NCBI RefSeq assembly: GCF_009914755.1
Contig: NC_060926.1
Source of the DNA: the human T2T-CHM13v2.0 reference genome, Homo sapiens
Strand: one strand, 5' to 3'
Length of the DNA: 64,000 nt
The notes under the pieces are model-generated. The model ran no database searches, was not told where the DNA came from, and was given only the letters and a program-made list of their open reading frames with translations. Positions 41,705 through 56,800 of this stretch are shown here, piece after piece. Made by a program: the position numbers and the translations under genes. The number at the start of each line of letters is the position of its first letter. Positions within the stretch are counted from its first letter, which is position 1.

Positions 41705-42508
41705 TTATTAAGTTGTGCAGGTTTGTTACATAGGTACACATGTGCCATGGTGGTTTGCTGCACCCATCAACCCATCATCTATGTTAGGTATTTCTCCTAA
41801 TGCTATCCCTCCCCTATCTCCTCCCCACCTCCCCGCCGCCACCCCTGCCCACAGGCCTGGCGTGTGAGGTTCCCCTCCCTGTGCCCATATGTTCTCACTT
41901 TTCAACTCCCACTTATGAGTGAGAACATGTGGTGTTTGGTTTTCTGTTCTTGTGTTAGTTTGCTGAGAATGATGGTTTCCAGCTTCATCCATGTCCTTGC
42001 AAAGGACATGAACTCATTCTTTCTTATGGCTGCATAGTATTCCATGGTGTATATGTGCCACATTTTCTTTATCCAGTCTATCATTGATGGGCATTTGGGT
42101 TGGTTCCAAGTCTTTGCTATTGTGAACAGTGCTGCAATAAACATACGTGTGCATGTGTCTTTATAGTAGAATGATTTATAATCCTTGGGGTATATACCCA
42201 GTAATGGGATTGCTGGGTCAAGTATTTCTAGTTCTAGATCCTTGAGGAATCGCCACACTGTCTGCCACAATGGTTGAACTAATTTACACTCCCACCAACA
42301 GTGTAAAAGTATTTCTATTTCTCCACATCCTCTCCAGCATCTGTTATTTCCTGACTTTTTAATGATCGCCATTCTAACTGGTGTGAGATGGTATCTCCTT
42401 GTGGTTTTGATTTGCATTTCTCTGATGACCAGTGATCATGAGCATTTTTTCATGTTTTTTTGGCCACATAAATGTCTTCTTTTGAAAAGTATCTGTTCAT
42501 ATCCTTCA
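41705..42508 (-). mobile_element. 5'-truncated L1PA 3' end
   Basis: ORF 41902..42417 is the L1 ORF2 C-terminus ([33 protein letters not shown]...); TSD tgttacagtttctttt (41689-41704, 42509-42524). Confidence 0.93.
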
Positions 42509-42863
42509 TGTTACAGTTTCTTTTGGTAATTTTGATTACCATTCACTCCAATTAAGTCAGTCATGTAATATTTAACATATTTTTGCATGTGTTTAAAAAA
42601 TGGCAATTTCAGATTATTTTAGATACTGTAAGTAAATTGAAATTGTGAAGTATAGATTTAAATGTATTATTTTTGAAATTTCCATCTGAAATGTTACATA
42701 ATTTTGTTTGTTGAGTCACTCTGTAATTAATTCTAAAGCTCAAACCATGAGCTGTTCACACTGTTAAACCTTAAAATTGATTTGGGACCAGAAAAATTTC
42801 ATCAGCTGTTTTAATTTAAATAAGTATGCATGTGCTTTGCCACTGGATAATTGTGCTAACTCA

Positions 42864-43158
42864 GGCCAGGTGCAGTGGTTCACGCCTGTAATCTCACCAC
42901 TTTGGGAGGCTGAGGTGGGCGGATTATCTGAGGTCAGGAGTTCGAGAACAGCCTGGCCAAAATGATGAAGCTCTGTCTCTACCAAAAATACAAAAATTAG
43001 CCAGGCATGGTAGTGCACCCCTGTAATCCCAGCTATTCAGGAGGCTGAGGCAGAATTGCTTGAACCCGGGAGGTGGAGGTTGTGGTAAGCCGAGGTAGCG
43101 CCACTGCACTTCAACCTGGGCGACAGAGTGAGACTCTGTCTTAAAAAGAGAAGAAAAA
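42864..43158 (+). mobile_element. AluSx-like
   Basis: TSD aattgtgctaactc (42849-42862, 43159-43172). Confidence 0.9.
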
Positions 43159-43837
43159 AATTGTGCTAACTCTTATCAAGCAAGCCCTTGAAATTCCACT
43201 CAATTCATGAAGCCATCTCAGTTTCTTCTGGGACAGGTAGTAATTTACCCATTCTCAACCATTTAGAAATATTATTAAGTCCCTTTAACTTACTGAATCA
43301 TAACAGACATTCATTCCATTGTTTATACGTAAAATTACTAAATATTAGTTATTGGGTAGTCCTAGATAAAATTTATGAAGTTAGGGTGTCTTCTTCTCAA
43401 AACTGTTTCTGTTTTGAGTATTCTTTATTTTCTTCTTATACCCAAATAATCAAAATCTGATAATTCCCATTGCATACCTTAGGAATCTGTCTCCCATGCC
43501 CCACTCAGCTCCCCTTTCCTTGCAAGGCTTGTACTTTGGACTTTTCTGAACACCACGCCTTACCCCATACTCATCAGCCAATGTTGATTCTTCTGGTGGC
43601 TGAGGGTCTTGTTGGATGACTGCATTGCTAATCTTGCCATTGCATTTCGCTAAAGTGCAAATAATTGATAAATGATTCATGAGTCATGCCTCCCAGAGTG
43701 TGTACTCATTTAATTAATGGAAGGCTTCGAAGGCTTAATTCCTAAGAGGGACTGAGTAATAATGAAAGTAGATTGAAGTATTTTGAAGGGTAGTGAGGGA
43801 AAGAAAGCTACACCCGTGTGATAACTGGGTTTCCAAT

Positions 43838-44290
43838 ATAGCTGTTTTCAGTCTGATTCTCAGAGGCTGACTTTGATATAAGAACATTTGAGCAGGAGAT
43901 ATGCTAAGGAAGCGCTCCCAAGAAAAATCAGCAGGGGGGCTTAATGGAAGCAGAACAGGGAAGTGGAAGTAGCTAAGCAAGGACTAATTTCAGGTCAACT
44001 CCCTTTCTCAGCCCGATCCTGCAGGGAGTTGTGCAAAGGAAATTACATTACTGATTTTGTCCTGGCTTGAGGAAAGGGAGTCATTTTCCATAGCTTGCCC
44101 TGTGGTGGCCATAAACTCCCTGGCACTTCCTGCTATAAGTATGGCCAAAAAGGCTGCAGTAAACCAAGGACAGTCCCCTTGGTTTTGAGACTGTGAGCTG
44201 TTAGAAGTACAAATACAAAAGCTGGGGATGGGCATAGGAATCATAAGGAGGCTCCATAGGGATGTGGATGAAGCACCATCTGTATATACT
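43838..44290. mobile_element. Ancient LTR remnant (LTR16-like, ERVL)
   Basis: ttctcagaggctgactttgatataaga...gaagcagaacagggaagtggaagtagctaagcaagg resembles the LTR16 family; family call uncertain. Confidence 0.45.
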
Positions 44291-44429
44291 GCAATGGCAT
44301 GAACTTAAGAGGGAACAGAGTGGATGAACAATATCCATGCAGCCATGAGTTGGGCAGTGGGTCCTTCTTCCTGAAGGTAATTACAGCACCAGATCAAGAT
44401 ATAGAATAGAAGTCTTTCTTGTACTCACT

Positions 44430-44960
44430 TCCCATCAATAGACCCCTTGAAAAGGTAATCAGTACTCTGATTACACTTAGTTTTGCTTGCTTTGTAGCCT
44501 TATGTAAATAAATCATACACTATGTACTCTTCTTTGTCTGTCTTTTATATCTGACTTATTGAGATGCATCCACATTGTAGCATCTAGAGGGTGGTCATTC
44601 TTTTTCATTGCTGTGGAGTATTCAATTATATAACTGTTTCACTATTTATTCTACTGCTGATGGGTGTTTGGGCTATTTCCAATTTGGGGCTATTATGAGT
44701 AATGCTGTTATAAATTTCTTTTAAGTGTATTTTGAGGCACAAATGTTTGCATTTCTGCAAGAAATGTGTAAATACCTGAGAGTAGAGTTGACTGCATAGA
44801 CTACACATATGTTAAGCGTTAGTATAATAGATATTACCATATAGTTTCCCAAAGTGATTATAGCATTTTAACTCCCACTAGCAGTATATGTGAATTTCAG
44901 TTACTCTACATTCTCTACAATACTTGGGAGCCTCAGTCTGTAAATTTTAGTCATTCTAAA
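44430..44960 (-). mobile_element. Old L1M 3' fragment
   Basis: cattctttttcattgctgtggagtatt..., tttccaatttggggctattatgagtaatgctg. Confidence 0.65.
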
Positions 44961-46899
44961 TGCATAGCTTGTTTTTTAAACTGTCAGTAAATTGAAAACC
45001 TACGATTAAGAATTTTGTAGAAATTTCCCTTGATATTAGCAACCTCATTTTGAGAATGCCAATATTAGTAAATAACTACTCTCCCCACACATATGCTAAG
45101 TGCTAAATATTATTATTTATTTACTCAACTGATAAACTTGTTTTTTATTTTTAAGCATTTGGATCTGAATCAACAAGATGTCTCTCATATTGTGTATTGT
45201 GAGTAATTAATGGTTATGTCTATTTAAATTTGCTTTATACAGAGCAAAGTTTCATGCTACATAACCCATCAACTAGTTAATACATATCTTTAAAAAACAT
45301 TTTAGGTTGGCTAGTCTTTAGCCTAGAACTTTCTAGCTCCAATTTAAAATTAAGACATTCCAGCAAAATATGTGGGAATATTTTGACATCTGTATGTATG
45401 TATATAGTAGGAAATGAGTCATTTTAGTGTCAGCTGAAAAAAAAGCCACATTTTAGGTGTATGAGACTATTTTTAAAAGTTGTAATTTTCTGTAGACTGA
45501 AACCTGATAGCAGGTGAGAGAGAGGTAGCTGTCTGTCCATGCATGGACTGTAATTGGAGAAAGCTTTGAGCAGTATGCCTGTCCTCCAGTATCACTGTCA
45601 CTATACATCATTTTACTAGTATGACTTTAGCTTTTTAAGTGTTTTAGGACTCTGCAGTATCCAGTTAATAATGTTTTTAACTTAGGTAGTAGCCATGCTG
45701 CAAAATAAGAAGCCATTGTAGGAGGCTCCAATGATCTAAAAAAAATTAGGCTTTTATTAGATGGCAAATTTGTTCAACCATGTGATTCTTGTGTTAATTT
45801 TTCTCCTTATAACTAAAAAAGTCTTACAAAATAAAAGGTAAATATTGCCTCAAAAATTGTGGATACCTGTATAAAGCATCTGCCCTCGATCCTTATCAGC
45901 TAACACCTGCTTTATAAATTAATACCTTATCAGAGATTTGTAGAGTTAGCTACAGAGTAAGTCATTAAGACGTGGTGGTTGAAAGAAAGAAAACCAAAAA
46001 TTATAGTGGAGAACTGTCTAGAGGGAAAGAAGATCTGCTTATAAATTACAGAAAACAACAACAATTTTAAAAATAATAAGTTTTTCACAATTTTTCCAAA
46101 GCCTGCCTCTGCTCATTTTAGGATGAGCACAAACCATATGGCTTCTATCTGGAGGCACTGTGAGATCAGTGGTCTGGTAATGTCTGTTGATTTCCAGTAT
46201 CAAATTCATAGAAGCATACAGTAAGTAAAAGAGAAAGAGTCTTGGCAATTTTGTAGTTTTTGTTCTTTCATCCAAACAGGAAAACTGGAGCTCTGCAAAG
46301 AGTGAAGAACAACCTCAATGTCACATGAAACGTTTTCCATCCTCCATTTCCACCTATTTCTCCAAACACCTCTCTCTCCCCCTCTCTTCAACAGTTTCTA
46401 TTAGTGTTTTCCGTTAACACAAAACTCAGAATTCTCTCTGCCATGGGCCCTTGTGTTTTTTGATGTTTGTGTCCTTTTTATGCAGTCTCTCCACTTACAG
46501 GCAACTGTGTCAGGCAGTGGGGACAGCTGAAATGTTGATGCTGCCATCTGGGAATCACTTTCTTGTGGGGGTCACTCATGTAAACAAAGAACACTTGCTC
46601 TAAAGTACAACGTAATCAAATCATGAAAATTATGAAACAAAACAAGCTCTAGCTCCCCTTCTGTGCCCGTATGAATTACAGAAATTCCATTGAAATGCGT
46701 TGAAATGATAGCAAACATTTTAGTAGACAATTCCATAATATACCCTGATTTTAAAAGATGGACTCAGACCAGAAATTTTGAGTGATTCTTGGAAGGTAAA
46801 GGGCAGATAAAATCACTTTGCTGGAGAAATCAGAAGAGGGACAACTGCAAAATAAAGGCTGTAACAGGAGCGTGTGTCACATCATCATAGCAGTTTTCT

Positions 46900-48314
46900 T
46901 GTCTTCCTTCCCTCCCTTCCTTCCTTCCTTTCACCTCTGAACTTTTTATTGACCTCCTGCTCCCCAAAGGGTACCCTGCTTCTGCTGGCTTGATGTCTTA
47001 GAACTTTGGTGTCATTGGTCTCAGACACCACTTTGCGGCGGGTGGTGGTCTTTGGATGGTTTGCATGGAGTTGCTGTTGTCCAGGGCATCACCAAGATTG
47101 AAGTCATCATCATCAAGCAGGCGGTGGTAGGTGGCGCTCTCAGCCTCCAGCTTGACCTTGATGTTCAGCAGAGCCTCGTACTCCCCGATCTGGTGCTGTC
47201 CCTCTGCCCGGCTCTGTGCCATCTCTGACTCCAGGTGCAGCAGGATCCTGTTGAGCTGCTCCATCTGCAGGGTGTAGCGGGCCTCCACCTCCCTCAGGCT
47301 GTTCTCCAAGCTGGCCTTCAGATTTCTCATGGAGTCCAGGTCCATCTTTAAGGACTGGACTGTACGTCTCAGCTCCGTGAGCGTCATCTCAGCATCTCCA
47401 ACCTTGGTGGACTGCGTAGTGACCACTGTGGTGCTCTTCTCAATCTGCTGAGACCAGCACTTGTCCAGCTCCTCTCAGTTCTTTCGAGTCAGCTCATCAT
47501 ATTGGGCCCGGATATCTGCTATGATCTTGGCAAGGTCCTGAGATTTGGGGGCATCTACCTCCACGGTCAACTCAGAGCTGGCAATCTGGGCTTGTAGGCC
47601 TTTTACTTCCTCTTCGTGGTTCTTCTTCATGAAGAGCAGCTCCTCCTTGAGAGCCTCCATCTCTGTCTCCAGTGGCAGCCAAGTGACATTGGTCATCAGT
47701 GACCTTGTGGAGCCCATGGATGTCACTCCCCACAGACGGGTGCATGGCCAGCTCTGTCTCATACTTGACTCTAAAGTCATCGGCTGCAAGACAGGCATTG
47801 TCAATCTGCAAAACGATGCCGGCATTGTCCACAGTATTTGCGAAGATCTGAACCCTCAGGTCCTCGATGGTCTTGAGGTAATGACTCCAGTCTCTGACCT
47901 GGAGTCCCTTCTTCTCCAGGTGCTCCCGGATTTTGCTCTCCAGCTTCCGGTTCTTGGTCTCCAGGCTCCTCACTCTGTCCAGGTAGGAGGCCAGACGGTC
48001 ATTCAGGCTTTGCATTGTCTCCTTCTTATTCTGGATGCCTCCCATTCCTGCCAGACCCCCGGCCATCCCCGCGGCCAGGTCCCCGGACCCCATGCCACCC
48101 CGGAAGCTGGTGGAGCGGGACACGGATATCCGGGAACCAGAGCCCCCGGCGCCTGCATAGACGCTGGCCATGCAGCTGGCCGGCCGGGCGCCGTAGTTGG
48201 ACACCTGGACAGAGCCCAGGAACAGGTAGTTGGTGGAGAAGATGGAGCGAGTGGTGAAGCTCATGCTATCCAGGGAGGAGAGTGAGAGGACAGGACTCAG
48301 GCTTTGCCGACCCG
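46900..48314 (-). pseudogene. KRT18P29: Processed keratin 18 pseudogene (probably KRT18P29; the number is recalled from the locus and not verified)
   Basis: Intronless KRT18 mRNA copy: ATG at 48264 (MSFTTRS...LNDRLASYLDRVRSLE), 2-nt deletion frameshift ~47692, premature TGA at 47475-47477, further 3' deletions ~47035-47052, AATAAA at 46945-46950 (-), 15-bp TSD tcatagcagttttct (46885-46899, 48315-48329). Confidence 0.95.
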
Positions 48315-49144
48315 TCATAGCAGTTTTCTAAGGAACCTGCAGAGAAACATCAAGCTCAGATCGAACAAAGCAAAGAGCGGGAGGGGCCCTTGGGCCAAGT
48401 ATCAGGGCAATAAATTAAAGACTTTATTTGAATAATCTGGGTCCCACCCTCTAGCCTCAATAAGCAGCTGTTGACCCCAGCAGTGTTTACTCCAGAATGA
48501 AGCCTAGAGGGGTGTTTGTTTGATATACAGTGAGTTTTCCTAGGAGAGTCCCTTTTGTATGAGACTGTGGCTGGAGATAAAGGAAAGCGGAGCCTGAGCT
48601 AACCAGGGACCTTCACATCCACATGAAGACAGGGGAAGGAAGGAGAATCACTGATTCCCTTTGTCTGCAGGACACATTTGAGAGGGGGGATCTCTGAAGT
48701 AGGAGTTCAGACACAGGATACTCCCAGGGTGGGTAGTATACAAGGTAATATACAACACAGAGCAGGGCTGCCGATCCCCAAGACTCTAAATAAAAGTTAT
48801 TTGTAAACCCTGGAGGTTTATCAGTCTGGCCTCCTCTCAAACATTCAAGGCAAGTTTCTATGTTCAGAGCTTATATTCAGTGACAATAAAAGAGGGTCTC
48901 ATTTGATCTGATGAAATACAATACAAACATTATCTAACAATTCCGTTTGATAAAGATCATTATAAATAGCAACCCCCAAACCATAAACTTGCTAAATAAA
49001 TTTAGGATAAAAGCAAGTCATTAAAAATATTTAAAAGATCCAAAATGTTTCTGAGTAGCATGAATAGAAAAAACACTATCCACATTTAAACATACCCTAA
49101 TATAATTTCAGAATACCAAGGATAAATATGAAATTCGAAAAGTT

Positions 49145-49455
49145 GGCCAGGCGCAATGGCTTACGCCTGTAATCCCAGCACTTTGGGGGGCCGAAGCGGG
49201 TGGACCACGAGGTCAGGAGTTCAAGACCAGCCTGGCCAACATGGTGAAACCCCCTCTCTCCTAAAAATATAAAAATTATCTGGGCATGGTGGTGCGTTCC
49301 TGTAATCCCAGCTACTCAGGAGGCTGCAGCAGGAGAATTGCTTCAACTGGGACCCGGGAGGCAGAGGTTGCAGTGAGCCAAGATTGGGCCACTGCACTCC
49401 AGTCTGGGCTACAGAGAGAAACTCTGTCTCAAAAAACAAACCAACAAACAAAAAT
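49145..49455 (+). mobile_element. AluS
   Basis: Full dimeric Alu; degenerate TSD aaattcgaaaagtt / aaatccaaaagtt. Confidence 0.88.
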
Positions 49456-50465
49456 CCAAAAGTTTTTCAAGAGAAAAAAACCCAGATTGCTAATGATAGA
49501 GTTCCCATGTTGAAAGTGAAGGAATAATATTGAAGTTGTGAAAGACAAAAATATTAACCTAGAGTTCTTTTTTGCTTGTTTTTTTTTTAATTTTAATTTT
49601 AAAAAAAATTTCATGAGTACACAGTAGGCTTATGTATTTATGAGGTACGTAAGATATTTTGATACAGGCATACAATGCATAATAATTAACTAGGAGTAAA
49701 TGGGGTATCCATCACCTCAAACATTTATCCTTTCTTTGTGATAGAAACAATTCAATTATAACTTTTAGTTATTTTAAATGTATAATGAATTATTGTTGAC
49801 TGTATTCACCCTGTTGTGCTATCAAATACCAGATCTTATTTATTCTATATAAATATATTTTTGTACGCATTAACCAGCCCTACTCCCTCACTCCACAAGT
49901 ACACGTCCCAGCCTCTTGTAACCATCATTCTGCTCTCTGTTGCCATGAGTTCAATTGTTTTAATTTTTAGCTCCCACAAAAAATGGAGAACATACAAAGT
50001 TTGTCTTCCTGTGCTTGGCTTATTTCACTTAATTAACATAATGACTTCCAGTTCCATCCATGCTGTTGCAAATGACAAGATTTCATTCTTTTTCATTGCT
50101 GAATAGTGCTCCAAAGAAAATATGTACCACAGTTTCTTTATCCATTGGTTTGTTGATGGACACTTAGGTTGCTTCTAAATCTTGACTATTATGAATAGTG
50201 CTACAATAAACATGAGGGAGCATATATCTGTTCAATTTACTGATTTCCTTTCTTTTGGGTATACACTAAGCAGTGGAATTACTGGATCATATGGTAGCTC
50301 TATTTTTTAGTTTTTTAAGGAACCTCCATACTATTCTCCATAGTGGCTATACTAATTTACATTCCCACCAATGGGGTACAGAGTTTCCTGTTTTGCTACA
50401 TCTTCAATAGGATTTGTTATTATCTGTCTTTTGGAAAAAAAGCCGTTTTAACTTGGGTGAGATGA

Positions 50466-50804
<339 letters not shown>

Positions 50805-53333
50805 TAGTTTAGTATGCATATCTCTGATGATCAATGATGTTGAGTGCCTTTTCATATACCTGTTTGCCATTTATATATCTTCTTTTGATAAATCTGTATT
50901 CAGATCTTTTCTCCATTTTTAAATTGGATTATTAGATTTTTTTCCTATAGAGTTGTTTGAGCTCCTTATATTTTTGTTATTAATCCCTTGTCATAAGAAT
51001 AGTTTGCAAACATTTTCTGCCATTTTATGGAGTGTCTTTTTACTTTGTTGATTGTTTCCTCTGCTATGCAGAATCTTTTTAACTTGATGTGATCCTATTT
51101 ATCCATTTTTGCTTTAGTTGCCTGTGCTTGTCAGATATTACTCAAGAAATCTTTGCCCACTCCAATGTCCTGAAGGATTTCATCAATGTTTTCTTTTAAT
51201 GGTTTCATAGTTTGGGGTTCTTGATTTAAGTCTTTAATCCATTTTGATTTGATTTTTGTACATGGCAAGAGATAGGGGTCAAGTTTCATTCTTCTGCATA
51301 TAAATATTCAGTTTTCCTGGCACCATTTATTGAAGAAACTGTCTTTTCCTCAATGTATGTTCTTGACATCTTTGTTGAAAATGAGTTCACTGTAGCTGTG
51401 TATATTTGTTTCCGGGTTCTCAGTTTGGTTCCATTGGTCTGTGTCTGTTTTTATGCCAGTAACCAAAACCATGCTGTTTTGGTTACTACAGCTTTAAAGT
51501 ATAATTTGAAGTCAGGTAATGTGATCCCTTCAGTTTTGTTCTTTTTGCTCGGGATAGCTTTGGCTATTCTGGATCTTTGGTGGTTCCATATAAATTTTGG
51601 GATAGTTTTTTCTATTTCCATGAAGAATGTCATTGGTATTTGGATGGGGCTTGCACTGAATCTGTAGATTGCTTTAGGGAGTATGGACATTTTAACAATA
51701 TTAACTCTTCCAATCCATGAAGATGAAATATTTTTGCACTCTTTCATTTCCTCTTTATTTTATTTCATTAGTGTTTTATAGTTTTCATTGTAAATATTTC
51801 ACTTCTTTGGTTAAGTTTATTCCCAGGTATTTTATTTTATTTTGCTTGTAGCAATTGTAAAGGTAATTATTTTTTGATTTCCTTTTCAGATTGTTCACTG
51901 TTGGCATATAGAAGCACTACTAATTTTTATATGTTAATTTTGTATGCTGCAGCTTTTCTGAATTTGTTTATGAGTTCTAATAGGTTTTTGGTGGAGGCTT
52001 TAGGTTTTTACAAATATAAGATTATGTCATCTGCTGAGAAGGATGATTTGACTTCTTCCTTTCCAATTTGGAGGCACTTTATTTCTTTTTCTTATCTGAT
52101 TTTTCCCTTGTACTTCCAGTACCATGTTGAATAACAGTGGTGAAAGTGGACATCATGGTCATGTTCCAAATCTTAGAGGAAAGCCTTTCAGTTTTTCCCC
52201 ATTCAGTATGATACTAGCTGTGGGTATGTCATATATGGCTTTTATTGCATTGAGGTATGTGTCTTCTATACCCAGTTTTTTTAGTGTTTTTTTTCATCAT
52301 AAAAGGATATTGAATTTTATCAAATGCATTTTCAGCATCAGTTGCAATGATCATATGGCTTTTGTCCTTCATTCTGCTAATATGATGTATCACATTCATT
52401 GATTTCTGTATGTTGGACCATCCTTGTATTCCTGTGAAAAATCTCTGTTGTTCACGATGAATGATCTTTTTAATGTGTTACTGAATTCAGTTTGCTAGTA
52501 TTTTGTTAAGGGTTTTTGCATCGATATTCAGAGATATTGACCTGTGATTTTCTTTATTTGATGTGTCTGTCTAGTTTTGATTTCAGGGTAATAATACTTG
52601 CCTCATAGAATGAGTTTGGAAGTATTTCTTTCTCTTCTATTTTTCAGAATAGTTTGAGTAGGATTGGTATTAGTCCTTCTTTAATTGTTTGGTAATATTT
52701 AGCAGTGAAGCCATGGGGGGTGCTTGGCTTTTCCTTACTGGGAGACTTTTTATTATAGCATTGATCTTGTTGCTTATTATTGGTCTTTTCAGGTTTTAAA
52801 CTTCTTCAGTCTTGGTAGGTTGTAGGTGTCTAGGAATTCATCCATTTTTTCTAGGTTTTCCAATTTATTGGCATATGGTTGCTCATAGTGGTCTCTAATC
52901 ATCCTTTGAATTTCTGTGTTATTTGTTGTAATGTCTTCTTTTTTGTCTCTGATTTTATTTATTTGAGTCTTCTCTCGTTTTTTGTTAGTAAGTCTGGCTA
53001 AAAGTTTGTTGGTTTTATCTTTTCAAAAAACCAAATTTTCCCTTTATTAATCTCATATTTTTTGGTTTCAATTTCATTTATTTCTGCTCTGATACCTGTG
53101 GGGTTTTTTTTCTTGTACTAATTTTGGGTTTGGTTTGCTCTTGATTTTCTACATCTTTAACAGGCATTGTAAGGTTGGTCATGTGAAGATTTTCCACTTT
53201 GTTGATGTGGGTGCTTATTGCTATAAACTTTCTTCTTAGTACTGTTTTTGCTGTATCCTACAGGTTTTGGTACAATGTGTTTCCATTTTCATTTATTTCA
53301 AGAAATTCTTCAACTTCCTTCTTAATTTTTTAA

Positions 53334-53813
<480 letters not shown>

Positions 53814-56800
53814 TAGTTTTACTCCATTGTGATCAGAGAAAATACTTGATATGATTCCAGTTATGTTTTTAATTTATTAAAACTTGTTTTGTGGCCTAAC
53901 ATGTTGTCTGATCTTGAGAATGATTCAGGTGCTGAGGAGAAGATTATGTATTCTTTAGTTGTTGGATGAAATGTTTTGTAAATATCTTTTGGGACCATTT
54001 GGTCTGTAGCATAGATTAAGTCCAAAGTTTCTTTGTTGATTTTCTGTTTAGATGATCTGTCCAGTGCTACAGTGGGGTGTTGAAGTCTCCAGCTATTATT
54101 GTATTAGCATCCATCTCTCTCTTTAATGCTAGTAATATTTGCTTTACATATCTGGATACTCCAGGGTTGGGTTTATACGTTTATAGTTGTTATATCCTCT
54201 TGCTAAAATGGACCTCTTTTTCATTATATAATGACCTTTTTGTCCTTTTTATAGTTTTTGTCTTGAAGTCTATTTTGTCTAATATAAGTATAGTTACTCC
54301 TGTTCTATTTTGGTTTCCATTTACATGGAATGTCTTTTCCCATCCCTTTATTTTCAGTCTATGTGTATTTTTATAGGTGGAGTGTGTTTCCTGTAGGGAA
54401 CAGATAATTGGGTCTTGTTTTGTGATCCGTTCAGCCACTCTATGGCTTTTGATTGGAGAGTTTAGTTCTTTTACATTCAATGTTATTATTGATAATGAAG
54501 GACTCACTACTGCCATTTTATTATTTGTTTTCTGGTTGTTTTGTGGTCTTCTCCTCTTTCTTTACTTCTTTCCTTTTAGTGAAGGTGATTTTCTCTGGTT
54601 TTAAATTAAATTTTCTTTAATTTATTGCTTTTTATTTTTGTGTATCTGTTGTATGTTTTTTGATTTGAGGTTACTTGAGGCTTGTAAATATCATCTTACA
54701 ACACATTATTTTAAAATGATGGATTCATAATGATTACAAAAACAAACAAGCAAAGAGAAAACAAATAAAATCTGTAAATTTTAACTTGATATCCCCCTGC
54801 TTTTTAACTTTCTGTTATTTCTATTTGTGTCTTATTGTACTTCTTATCCTTCCAACTTTGTTGTAGTTATTATTTTTGATAGGTTTATTGTTTAGTCTTT
54901 CTACTCAATATATGAGTAGTTTACACACCACAATTGCAGTATTATAATATTCTGTTTTTCTGTGTACTATTACCAGTGAGTTTTATACCTTCAGATAATT
55001 TCTTATTGCTATTAATGTCTTTTAATTTTGTACTGGAGAACTCCCTTTAGCATTTCTTGTAGGACAGGGCTAATGTTGATGAAATCTTTCAGCTTTTGTT
55101 TGGGAAAGTATTTATTTCTCCTTCATGTTTGAAGGATATTTTCTCTGGTTATACTATTCTAAGATACATATTTTTTTCTTTTAGCACTTTATATATGTCA
55201 CACCACTCTCTCCTGGCCTATATGCCTGTATGATTTCCATTGAGAAGTCTACTGCCAGATATATTGGAACTTCTTTGTTATTTGTTGTTTTCTTTTTCCC
55301 TCTTGCTACTTTTGGAATCCTTTCTTTATCCTAGACCTTTGGGAGTTTGATTATTAAATATCTTGAGGTAGTCTTATTTGAGTTAAATCTGCTTGGTGTT
55401 GCATAACCTTCTTGTACTGGTATCTTGATATCTTTCTCCAGTTTTGGGAAATTTTCTGTTATTTCTTTGAATAAACTTTCTACCCCTGTCTCTCTCTCTA
55501 CCTTGCCTTACAGCCAAAAACTCTTAGATTTACTATTTGAGGCTATTTTGTAGATCTTGTAGGCATGCTTGTTTTTTATTCTTGTTCTTTTGTCTCCTCT
55601 GACTATGTGTTTTCAAACAGCCTGTCTTCAAGTTCATCAGTTCTTTCTTCTGCCTGATCAATTCTGCTGTTGAGACTCTGATGCATTCTTCATTATGTCA
55701 ATTGTATTTTTCAAATCCAGAATTTCTGTTTGATTCTGTTTAATTATTCCAATCTCTTTGTTAAATTTATCTGATAAGATTCTGAATTCCTTCTCTGTGT
55801 TATCATGAATTTCATTGAAGTTGCTCAAAACAGCTATTTTGAATTCTCTGTCTTGAAAGGTCACATATCACATATCTCTCTGTCTCCAGGATTGGTCCAT
55901 GGTGTCTTGTGCCTTATTTAGTTTTTTTTTTTTTCCTTTGAGGTCATGTTTTCCTGGATGGTCTTGATGCATGTGGTTGTTTATTGGTGTCTGGGCGTTG
56001 AAGGATTAGGTATTTATTATAGTCTTTGCAGTCTGTGCTTATTTGTACCCATCCTTCTTGAGAAGGCTTTCAGGGTATTTGAAGGGACTTGCATGTTGTG
56101 ATCTAAGATATTGGTCATTGCAGCCATATCTGCATTAGGGGGCACTCCAAGCCTAGTAATGCTGTGAATCTTCCACCCTCATAGAGGTACCACCTTGGTG
56201 GTCTTGGATAAGATCTTGAAGTATTCTCTGGATTACCAGGCAGAGACTCTTCTTCTCTTCTCTTACATTTCCCCAAACAGAGTTTTTCTCTCAGTGCCGA
56301 GCTGTGCAAAGCCAGCACAGCCCTAGGTCTTGACCAAAGTCCATGATAACCACTGCTTGGCTATCACCTATGTTTGCTCAAGGGCCTAGGTCTCTACAAT
56401 CAGCAGGTGGCAAAGCCAGCCAGGCTTATGGCTTTTCCTTCAGGTGGCAATTTCTCCCTGGCCATGGGTGGGTCCTGAGATGCTGTCCATTAGCCAGGGC
56501 CTGGAGTCAGGAAGCTTAGGAATCTACCTAATGTTCTATTCTACTGCAAATGAGCTGGCACCCAAGCCATAAGACAAAGTCCTTCCTACTCTTCCATCTC
56601 CTTTCCACAAGCAGAGGGGACTCCTTCTGTGGCCACCACTGCCCCAGTTCACGGAGAGTACTGACTGGCTACCACTGATGTTCACTCAAGGCTCAGGGGC
56701 TGTTTAGTCAGCTCATGGTGAATGCTGCCAGGCCTGGGCTGTCCCTTCAGGCCAGTGGGCTCCCCTCTATTTCAGGACAGGTCCAGAAATGCTATCCAGG

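Noticed and set aside
47545-48285. 246-aa ORF on the + strand
   Set aside because: Antisense shadow of the GC3-rich KRT18 coding sequence; no independent coding signal.
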